A stretch of DNA of 42,550 nt from Holosporales bacterium (lineage in GTDB: Bacteria > Pseudomonadota > Alphaproteobacteria > BNTO01), in contig JAISRQ010000078.1 of NCBI GenBank assembly GCA_031273545.1, positions 1-42,550 on the forward strand, read 5' to 3'. Below, piece by piece: positions 35,321 through 42,550 of this stretch (its first letter is position 1; each line of letters begins with the position of its first letter). A program made the translations under genes and the position numbers. The notes beneath the pieces are model-generated. The model was not told the DNA's origin, did not search any database, and was given only the letters and a program-made list of their open reading frames with translations.

Positions 35321-36975
35321 AAAGGTTGTTTGGAACAGATGGAATTCGAGGGCAGGCTAATGCGTGGCCAATGACGCCGGATGTAATCGTGCAAGTTGGG
35401 CGCGCCGTCGCAATTTATTTTCAAAAAAACAGCGCTTCTTCCCGGAAAAGAAAGTCTATATATACCGGGGTTTCTAATGAATGCGGACAAGAAACTGAAA
35501 AATCACGGGAGTTTGCTCTTACTAAAAGTCCGCAATTATTTTGTGAGGGGGTAGATGAGGTGCGCCCTTTACCTCATAAGCATTTTAACCCGTATGTAGA
35601 TCATGCGAATCATCAATTTACGGTAGTCATCGGGAAAGATACGCGGCTGTCTGGCTATATGATTGAGTCGGCGCTTGTTTCGGGGTTGGTGTCGGAGGGC
35701 GCGAACGTAATCATGCTGGGCCCTGTGCCGACGCCTGCGATTGCAATGTTAGCGAGGTCCTTGCGCGCGGATGTGGGCATCATGATTTCCGCATCTCATA
35801 ACCCGTATTTTGACAACGGAATAAAGTTTTTTGACGAGGACGGCGTAAAATTTTCTTCGGAGGTGGAGGAAGAAATAGAAGGATTGATTGAAAGATTGAT
35901 GGAGAACAGGGCTGAATCTCCGAGCACAGGGGAATACGGTGCAGGAAATGGATGTGAATATGACGCGGGAAATGGGGCAGCGAAAGGGGGGAGGCAAAAG
36001 TCCGATTCGTCAGCAAACGCAACAAAGGAATGCGGAAAGTCCATACGGTTGGACGATGCGGCGGGGCGCTATGTTGAGTTTGCAAAATCTACATTTCCAA
36101 AGAAATACGACTTAAGTGAAGTAAAAGTTGTATTAGATTGCGCCAACGGAGCTGCGTATAAAGTTGCGCCGCGTATCTTTTGGGAGCTTGGGGCGACGGT
36201 AATTCCGCTTGGGGACGCGCCAAACGGACGCAATATAAACGACCATTGCGGAGCGCTTTACCCTAAGCCAATGCAGGAATGCTTAAGTGCCGTTGGCGCG
36301 GATGTGGGGATTGCGTTGGACGGGGATGCGGATCGGCTGCTGCTTACGACAAAGATAGGCCAGATTATTAATGGGGATCAAATTTTGGCGTTGATTGCCA
36401 AAAATTGGGCCGGTTTTTCGCAAAATGTCGAGGGGCTCCGCCGATTAACGAATGGAGTTGTATCGACATGCATGTCAAATATTGGATTAAAAAAGTATTT
36501 AAAAAGCTTAAACATTGAACACTTTGAAGCAAAAGTTGGCGATAAAAATGTTGTGGATCTTATGCGGAAAACTCAAAGCAATTTAGGCGGCGAAGAATCT
36601 GGGCACATAATACTGAGCGATTACACGACTACTGGAGATGGAATAATTGCGGCGTTGCAGGTGCTTGGCATTGCGAGAGAACAAGGAGTGGGTCTGGATG
36701 ATCTGTTCCCGCTGTATGTCCCGTGTCCTCAAGTTACTAAAAATTTCGCAATAAATGCATCTATTACGGGTTCGTTTATCAAAGATTTGCAAGATGAAAT
36801 TATGCAACAGGTTCAAGGGGATGGTTGCGTTGTCATCAGGAAATCTGGGACGGAACCACTTTTAAGAGTGATGATTCAGGACGAGGATATGCAAAATATT
36901 GAGCGCATTTTTGATGAGATAGTTATGCCAAAGGTAAATGAAAAACTGTCTGCATGCAAAATCCCCATAAGTTGA
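35317..36975 (+). CDS. glmM: Phosphoglucosamine mutase with two insertions (552 aa where about 445-450 aa is usual).
   Basis: 'FGTDGIRG', 'GKDTRLSGYM', the phosphoserine loop 'SASHNP', 'LDGDADR', 'GGEESGH', 'RKSGTEPLLRVM'. ATGA overlap with the ftsH stop. Confidence 0.9.
   Translation: MKRLFGTDGIRGQANAWPMTPDVIVQVGRAVAIYFQKNSASSRKRKSIYTGVSNECGQETEKSREFALTKSPQLFCEGVDEVRPLPHKHFNPYVDHANHQFTVVIGKDTRLSGYMIESALVSGLVSEGANVIMLGPVPTPAIAMLARSLRADVGIMISASHNPYFDNGIKFFDEDGVKFSSEVEEEIEGLIERLMENRAESPSTGEYGAGNGCEYDAGNGAAKGGRQKSDSSANATKECGKSIRLDDAAGRYVEFAKSTFPKKYDLSEVKVVLDCANGAAYKVAPRIFWELGATVIPLGDAPNGRNINDHCGALYPKPMQECLSAVGADVGIALDGDADRLLLTTKIGQIINGDQILALIAKNWAGFSQNVEGLRRLTNGVVSTCMSNIGLKKYLKSLNIEHFEAKVGDKNVVDLMRKTQSNLGGEESGHIILSDYTTTGDGIIAALQVLGIAREQGVGLDDLFPLYVPCPQVTKNFAINASITGSFIKDLQDEIMQQVQGDGCVVIRKSGTEPLLRVMIQDEDMQNIERIFDEIVMPKVNEKLSACKIPIS
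35457..35555 (+). repeat. Family B palindromic element, copy B5, in frame inside glmM.
   Basis: TATATATACCGGGGTTTCTAATGAATGCGGACAAGAAACTGAAAAATCACGGGAGTTTGCTCTTACTAAAAGTCCGCAATTATTTTGTGAGGGGGTAG. It is translated as 'SIYTGVSNECGQETEKSREFALTKSPQLFCEGV'. Confidence 0.75.
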
Positions 36976-37033
36976 AATACGAAAAAAAGCTATTATATAA
37001 AAGCATAGGTGAACCTATTTAAAAGGATGTTTC

Positions 37034-38338
37034 ATGTCACTGCTGATTAGATACATTTGTAAATTTGCTGTTGTTTTATTTTGTGTGCCGATGGTGAGCG
37101 ATGCTGTTGCTTTTCGTTCTGGCAAAAGTTCGCAACAATCAAAGAAAGTCTCATGCGAAGTAATTAAGGAATTTGTAGCTGAAGCGCTGAATTTCCCTAC
37201 GTCGAACATTGTGTATGCTGAATCGGAGGTCGGAGGACAGAAGCAGTGTGAGGCGGACGTTGTGCCTGCTAGCGTGCTGATCTATCCAGTGAATTATCGT
37301 CAGAGACGCGAATGTGTTGCTGGATGCCATTTGCCACAGTTATTAAAAATAAGGGCGGGAGATGAGTATTATTTTTTAAAAATTAATAAAGATCCATTCA
37401 ACGTAGAGATTAATAATGCTTCTTTTCTTATTAGGCTAATTGGCAAAGATCACCCCAATGGCGTTGTTGAACTTGGGACAGTAAACGGGACGCGTATTCA
37501 AGCTATATTTCCCGTGAAAATTGGAATTGCCGATATTTCCAATCAAAAAATGGTTTCTGGTTTTAGCTGCATTGACCCATATTCTAGCGAAGAAGTTTTG
37601 GAAGACGCATTAGACGTTGAAAGCAGCAATCCCAATTATGTAGGATTTCAGTTCATGAAAATGGCGCCGGGTAAAACACTAATTTCGTTATCAGAAAACG
37701 CTATATGCAGAGGGGAACGAGATGTAGCAAAAATTGCGTATGATGGATACGTTGAGGCTTTTCGACTTTTTAATGAAATGGGTATTAAACATGGAGATTT
37801 TTCGTTGCGGAATGTAATGTACGGCGACAATGTCTTGTCTGTTATGGATTGGGGCGGAGCGTCTGATGATTTGGATAAATTAATTGCATGGTGTACAGAG
37901 CGTTTTTGCCCTGAACTAGACTTCTTTTTGGATGTGATGGAAAAAGCACTACGAATCAAACCACGTATATTTCCTGATCTCATGACTCGGCTGCTTTCAG
38001 CGTATGACGTGGACGGTGGTTACAGTATACGAGATGTTCGATGTGACATTCTTCGGGCGTGTTGGCGTTTTCGTCCATATACTAGTTTAGTGGATTTTGA
38101 CAGTTCAATTATTGATAGCCTCAAAGAAAGCGTCCATTCCAAAAAATATGGTAAATTCCTTGGCGGCGTAGTATTTAATTTGCTCTGCTGCAAACAATGT
38201 CCCAAAGAATACGAAGAATTAGTTATCAATGAATGTGAGCGTAGATGTGTGCTTGATCCAAAGTTTAAGTATATCAACGGTAATGATCTATTCGACGTGG
38301 CGCGTAGTCTGAATGAAGCAGCTAGCGCAAAAGGATGA
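37034..38338 (+). CDS. Secreted protein-kinase-like fold protein (434 aa).
   Basis: Signal peptide 'ICKFAVVLFCVPMVSDAVA'. 'YYFLKINK' is VAIK-like. Catalytic-loop-like 'IKHGDFSLRNVMY' is followed by the DFG-equivalent 'SVMDWGGA'. The pattern resembles the APH/choline-kinase/Kdo-kinase superfamily. Confidence 0.5.
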   Translation: MSLLIRYICKFAVVLFCVPMVSDAVAFRSGKSSQQSKKVSCEVIKEFVAEALNFPTSNIVYAESEVGGQKQCEADVVPASVLIYPVNYRQRRECVAGCHLPQLLKIRAGDEYYFLKINKDPFNVEINNASFLIRLIGKDHPNGVVELGTVNGTRIQAIFPVKIGIADISNQKMVSGFSCIDPYSSEEVLEDALDVESSNPNYVGFQFMKMAPGKTLISLSENAICRGERDVAKIAYDGYVEAFRLFNEMGIKHGDFSLRNVMYGDNVLSVMDWGGASDDLDKLIAWCTERFCPELDFFLDVMEKALRIKPRIFPDLMTRLLSAYDVDGGYSIRDVRCDILRACWRFRPYTSLVDFDSSIIDSLKESVHSKKYGKFLGGVVFNLLCCKQCPKEYEELVINECERRCVLDPKFKYINGNDLFDVARSLNEAASAKG

Positions 38339-38371
38339 ATACTAAGTGCGGCAAGTCAAATGAGGCAAATG

Positions 38372-38468
38372 TATCTACTCTCCAAATGATTGTGGACTTT
38401 TAGCACAGCGAATGCTTGTGATTTCAATTTCTTGTTCGCACTCATTTGTGGTTCCGAAATGTGCGTAT
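38372..38468 (-). repeat. Family B palindromic element, copy B6 (diverged).
   Basis: TATCTACTCTCCAAATGATTGTGGACTTTTAGCACAGCGAATGCTTGTGATTTCAATTTCTTGTTCGCACTCATTTGTGGTTCCGAAATG aligns with the reverse complement of B4b. Confidence 0.65.
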
Positions 38469-38547
38469 CCTTCATTAACCAATGTAGCGAATCGGGAGCT
38501 ATTCGTATAGAATGCAATAATGTAAATGCGTGTGACACAGGAAAAAT

Positions 38548-40467
38548 ATGAACAGTAAAGCAAACGAACCAAACACTGCGCCTGCGTCAGGCAGATCAGG
38601 AGAGCAATTATTAGGGCCAAGCACAGGATTAAATTCAGACGCAGAAGATAGCGTTTCATTCATATCCCTTCTTAACCAGAACAAGACAGAGTCAACAACA
38701 AAGCCTCCTAAGTCTGTGCTCATTCTTGGCCTCGGAAAAACAGGACTCGCGGCGTGTGAGTTTTTTGCGAAGCATAACGTTAGTGTTTTGAAGTTCGACG
38801 ACAACGCGAATGTAGTAAATGGCGTCTCAGGTGATAACACAAACGTTAGATCTAATATAAATGATATAGATTTCGCACAGGTTTTATTTGTTGTACAAAG
38901 CCCAGGCGTGCCTTTTGATCATCCTGTTGCTTTGGTTTCAAAAGAGCGTGGCATCCCGATTTTTAGCGATATAGACATATTCGTCCAGTCTGTGCGCCAT
39001 GCCTGGAAGTCTGTTCCTCTTCTGCAACGTTATGGTTCCGTTTGCAGATCTGGTGAATATTATTTGACCTTAAAAAAGTATGTTCCTCTTATTATTGGAG
39101 TAACGGGAACTAACGGCAAATCAACTACGGTGTCGTTAATTAGTCAAATTCTGAAAACGCAATTCGAAGATGTATTCGTTGGCGGAAATATTGGAACTCC
39201 AGCCTTAAGCTTGCCTATTTTTCCGCTAAATTACGATTTAAATGCACCAATAGAATCGACAGAACATTCGTGCAGTTGTGGATGTGAGGATCATCATGGT
39301 TGTTGTCAGAATGGTAAATGTTGTGGTGATCATGATGGCTATGATGAGGAAGAGGGTTACGACGGGGATTATGAAGAGGAGGAGGATGATGATTTTGACG
39401 AAAATTTCTTGTCTTTGACGCGCAATACCTTGTTTAGCTCGTCTCCAGTGTATATTTTGGAGCTTTCGTCATATCAACTGGAACTTTCGCATACATTGGG
39501 CTTAGACGTCGGCATATTAACAAACATCACGCCAGACCACTTGGAACGCCACGGGTCGTTTGAAAATTACGTAAAAGCTAAAAAGAAAATATTTGCACGA
39601 AAAGGAATAAATGCGTTCATTAATGTTGATGATAAATTTTCCAAGCAAATATATAACGAACTTGAGGAACGGGGAGGCGGAGGCTACTCGTTGCCGTTCT
39701 CAGCAAAGGATAATCGTGAGAGCATATTTATTGATTCCAAAGGCTGCATGCGGCTTAGTGATGGAGTTTGCGTGAATTTCGCTTTGAATCGCAACTTATT
39801 GGGGCAGCACAATTGGATGAATATGGCAATGGCGTATATGATTGGAGCTCATTTGAACTTTCCGTATACCAAGAGTCTAATTCAATCGCTAAAAGGCTTG
39901 CCTCATAGGACTGAGATAGTTGGAAACCTAGGTAACATAATTTTTGTAAACGACAGCAAAGCAACGAATGCGGAATCTCTCATAAAGGCGTTAAACTGTT
40001 TTAAGGGCTGCAAAATCTTTTTAATTGCTGGCGGAAGGGCAAAAAGTGACGGGATCTCTCCTGCTGTTGAGTTTATGAACGACGTTCAAGACGTATTCCT
40101 GATAGGGGAGGCGTCCGAAAGGTTTGCCGAAGAGTTGGGGGATAGAAGACACACAATATGTAATGACTTAGCAAACGCGTTTGGATGTGCGTTGGCTGCG
40201 GCGCAGTCGCTCGCTTCTGGACCGGAGAATGTGCTCGCTGCGGGCTCATGTGCGCCGATGCTATCTATTTTGCGCAAAACGTCGTCTTCATTGCTACCTT
40301 CCTCTTCGGCGTTATCTCCATCATCAAGTGACGCATCCATTTCGCCAGGCAGTCCCATTGTGTTACTGTCTCCTGCATGTGCTAGTTTTGATCAATTCAA
40401 AGATTACGAAGAGCGTGGCGATATGTTTAGGTTGTTAGTAAATAATTTACTGAACACGGGAAATTAG
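38548..40467 (+). CDS. murD: UDP-N-acetylmuramoyl-L-alanine--D-glutamate ligase MurD, greatly expanded (639 aa, or 583 aa if the GTG at 38716 is the start).
   Basis: 'ILGLGKTGLA', P-loop 'GVTGTNGKSTT', 'ILELSSYQLE', 'NITPDHLERHGSFENY', 'LPHRTE', 'VNDSKATN', 'LLSPACASFDQF'. Confidence 0.85.
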   Translation: MNSKANEPNTAPASGRSGEQLLGPSTGLNSDAEDSVSFISLLNQNKTESTTKPPKSVLILGLGKTGLAACEFFAKHNVSVLKFDDNANVVNGVSGDNTNVRSNINDIDFAQVLFVVQSPGVPFDHPVALVSKERGIPIFSDIDIFVQSVRHAWKSVPLLQRYGSVCRSGEYYLTLKKYVPLIIGVTGTNGKSTTVSLISQILKTQFEDVFVGGNIGTPALSLPIFPLNYDLNAPIESTEHSCSCGCEDHHGCCQNGKCCGDHDGYDEEEGYDGDYEEEEDDDFDENFLSLTRNTLFSSSPVYILELSSYQLELSHTLGLDVGILTNITPDHLERHGSFENYVKAKKKIFARKGINAFINVDDKFSKQIYNELEERGGGGYSLPFSAKDNRESIFIDSKGCMRLSDGVCVNFALNRNLLGQHNWMNMAMAYMIGAHLNFPYTKSLIQSLKGLPHRTEIVGNLGNIIFVNDSKATNAESLIKALNCFKGCKIFLIAGGRAKSDGISPAVEFMNDVQDVFLIGEASERFAEELGDRRHTICNDLANAFGCALAAAQSLASGPENVLAAGSCAPMLSILRKTSSSLLPSSSALSPSSSDASISPGSPIVLLSPACASFDQFKDYEERGDMFRLLVNNLLNTGN

Positions 40468-40499
40468 AGTTAAGTCACTGTAATTATGGTCGTTATAAT

Positions 40500-41627
40500 A
40501 TGGATAAATTCGTTCGTCGTGACGTAAGCGTGCTGGGGCGTTGGTGGTGGACCGTCGACCACTGGCTATTGGGGGCAACCCTTTTGTTGATCGCCATAGG
40601 CATTGTGCTGAGCGTCTCTGCTAGTCCGTGCACTGCCATGCGAATGGGGTTCAGCCGTTATTTCTTTGTAAAAAGACACTTGTTAATGGTTCCCTTGTCT
40701 GCTTGTGCGATGGTCGCCGTATCTTTGTTGAGTCCGTCAAATATCCGCAAATTCGCTGCATCAATATTCGTTATTGGTGTCATCGCATTAATTTGTGTGT
40801 TTTTGTTTGGGCATGAAGTAAAAGGTTCTAAACGTTGGTTAGTTTTTTTCGGAATGTCGATACAACCGTCGGAGTTCGTTAAGCCGGCCTTACTAGTGGT
40901 AGTTGCATGGTTACTTACGGAGAGGCAAATGGACCCGGGTTTTTCTGGAATAAAAATCTCGCTAATTATTACTGCTGCGGTTGTTGCTCTGACGGCTTGT
41001 CAACCGGACATAGGGATGACATTTATTATTCTTGCGTCGTGCCTCGTTCAGATATTCATAGCCGGCATGCCACTTATTTGGGTAATCAGCGCAAGTGTCT
41101 TCGGCGTAACGAGCTTTGCTTTGTCGTACTTATTTTTGCCGCATGTAGCAAACCGCGTAAATGCGTTTTTTTATCCCGAGCAAGGGGATCCGGATCAGCT
41201 GTATCAGATTCGCCAATCGATAGAGGCATTCCATCATGGGGGGTGGTTCGGGTGTGGTCCCGGAGAAGGCGTGATAAAGCGTTTGGTTCCGGACGCGCAC
41301 TCAGACTTTGTTTTTTCTGTAGCTGGGGAGGAATACGGCATATTCCTATGTGCATTTATTGTGTGTTTATTTGGTTTTATCGTAATAAGGTCATTGCTTA
41401 CAGCGCTAGAAAATCAAGACATTTTCTCAATATTTGCGGTTACGGGGTTAGCTGTTCAGCTTGGTTTGCAAGCATTCATCAACATGTCTACTGCAATAAA
41501 ACTTATCCCTACAAAAGGAATGACGCTACCTTTTGTTAGCTACGGGGGGTCGTCTATGATTGCCGTTGGGGTCGCCATGGGCATAATCTTGGCCTTAACG
41601 AGAAGGAAGCACGGCCTTTTAGAATAA
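40500..41627 (+). CDS. ftsW: Cell-division peptidoglycan polymerase FtsW (SEDS family).
   Basis: Ten hydrophobic segments. 'QPSEFVKPALLV', 'QPDIGMT', 'HSDFVFSVAGEE', 'PTKGMTLPFVSYGGSS'. It directly follows murD. Confidence 0.9.
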   Translation: MDKFVRRDVSVLGRWWWTVDHWLLGATLLLIAIGIVLSVSASPCTAMRMGFSRYFFVKRHLLMVPLSACAMVAVSLLSPSNIRKFAASIFVIGVIALICVFLFGHEVKGSKRWLVFFGMSIQPSEFVKPALLVVVAWLLTERQMDPGFSGIKISLIITAAVVALTACQPDIGMTFIILASCLVQIFIAGMPLIWVISASVFGVTSFALSYLFLPHVANRVNAFFYPEQGDPDQLYQIRQSIEAFHHGGWFGCGPGEGVIKRLVPDAHSDFVFSVAGEEYGIFLCAFIVCLFGFIVIRSLLTALENQDIFSIFAVTGLAVQLGLQAFINMSTAIKLIPTKGMTLPFVSYGGSSMIAVGVAMGIILALTRRKHGLLE

Positions 41628-41698
41628 GCTGGGGCATTTTCTTCCCGTGCAGAGTCGACAGAGAAACATCCGTCGGCTCTAACGAGGGGGGGCGTACT

Positions 41699-42481
41699 TT
41701 ATTTCGCTGCGGCCGAAAACCACTTCGCTTTCAAGCTCACTATTTGCTCACTGTTCTTGGCTAGAGCATCCGACACGATCTTAGTATGGTGGGACCCTTT
41801 GGCGGTAACGATACCCATTCCGAGAATTCCTATCTCCAACGGAACGACCTTGAACCCTTGAGTATGAGCCACGAGATATTTTGCTGAATCTGCATCAAGG
41901 ACGAACGCAGCTAGCTCTCCAGAGCGAATTTTTGACACAATGTCGTCAAACTGGGAACTCTTCACGCTTCTCACGAACAAGTTTGGAGTACTGATGCAAA
42001 ACGCCTTAACTACGCCCTCTTGCCAAGTCCCTTCTCCGACGCCAACCGTTTTGTCGCTCAAATCCTTGAGTTCTCCTGATGTTGTCTCAAGCATAACCAT
42101 GGCAAATCCGCCTTCGTGGTAAGGAGGCGAAAAGTCCACAGACTTCATGCGCTCGTCTGTAATCGAGATTGCGCCGATTGCGATATCGCCCTTTCTGGTC
42201 TGCACTTGCGTAAGGATCTCATCAAAAGGAACACATTTTATCTCTATTTCTCTGCCGATTGACCCTGCTACTAACCTAATTAAGTCAATATCAAAACCGG
42301 ATAGATTATTATTTTTGTCAGCAATGGAAAACGGAGCATTAGTCCCAGTAGTAAGGACGATCAGGGGCGGATCCTTCTTTCCACAGCCTGATAAGAGCAA
42401 AAAAGCTGCGCAGCAAATAGCATGGCACACAGAACGAAACGAAAATATTGTCATAAGGGGTAGCCCCAAAAAGCACGTCAC
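41699..42481 (-). CDS. Polar amino-acid ABC transporter substrate-binding lipoprotein (family 3 SBP).
   Basis: Lipobox 'LLLSGC'. 'NAPFS...LSGFDIDLIRLVA', 'GDIAIGAISITDER...VDFSPPY'. Confidence 0.8.
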   Translation of the reverse strand: MTCFLGLPLMTIFSFRSVCHAICCAAFLLLSGCGKKDPPLIVLTTGTNAPFSIADKNNNLSGFDIDLIRLVAGSIGREIEIKCVPFDEILTQVQTRKGDIAIGAISITDERMKSVDFSPPYHEGGFAMVMLETTSGELKDLSDKTVGVGEGTWQEGVVKAFCISTPNLFVRSVKSSQFDDIVSKIRSGELAAFVLDADSAKYLVAHTQGFKVVPLEIGILGMGIVTAKGSHHTKIVSDALAKNSEQIVSLKAKWFSAAAK

Positions 42482-42550
42482 TTACTACATAATACATAAT
42501 CTTTTTGATGTTTGTCAAATCAAGTTAATGTAAACGGTATATAGACAGAA

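Noticed and set aside
41628-41698. Possible solo family A terminus (gaggggggcgtac) between ftsW and the ABC-transporter binding-protein gene.
   Set aside because: Only about 12 nt resemble the TIR and there is no partner arm. This is insufficient to call a copy.
1-42550. Search for tRNA, rRNA, tmRNA, transposase or integrase genes.
   Set aside because: No spacer contains a cloverleaf-compatible sequence with a GTTCGAATC-like T-arm. No ORF shows DDE/HUH transposase or tyrosine/serine recombinase motifs. None are reported.

Overview
Gene-dense, moderately AT-rich bacterial chromosome segment. The housekeeping genes look alphaproteobacterial: mrdA, pyk, hslV, rbfA, trkA, asd, recF, carD/cdnL, rsmB, ftsH-glmM and murD-ftsW. 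Classical operons are broken up: mrdA lacks rodA, hslV lacks hslU, and murD-ftsW lacks mraY and murG. The accessory content is three Sel1-repeat proteins, several signal-peptide-bearing enzyme-like or repeat-rich proteins, the 3' end of a T6SS tssM and an orphan PAAR-like gene. I infer a host-associated, probably intracellular (Rickettsiales/Holosporales-like) organism. The strongest signal is two families of short palindromic MITE/RPE-like repeats that none of the ORFs explain. Family B (~95 nt, TATA-bounded) occurs nine times. One copy lies in frame inside glmM, and a tandem pair supplies the C-terminus of rsmB. Two copies differ at 1 of 90 positions. Family A (~150-160 nt, with ~30-nt terminal inverted repeats) occurs three times. 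Other points worth a second look: three perfect TTATCCACA DnaA boxes in under 200 bp next to an AT-rich tract (candidate oriC); an intact ORF that aligns to LpxK but has lost every catalytic motif; MurD enlarged by about 190 aa, including a 7-Cys/4-His cluster plus an acidic tract; an isolated HK97 prohead-protease/capsid pair; and secreted metallophosphoesterase, kinase-like and HAD-like proteins. I found no rRNA, tRNA, CRISPR array, transposase or integrase. All homology calls are by-eye motif matches from memory and need database confirmation.
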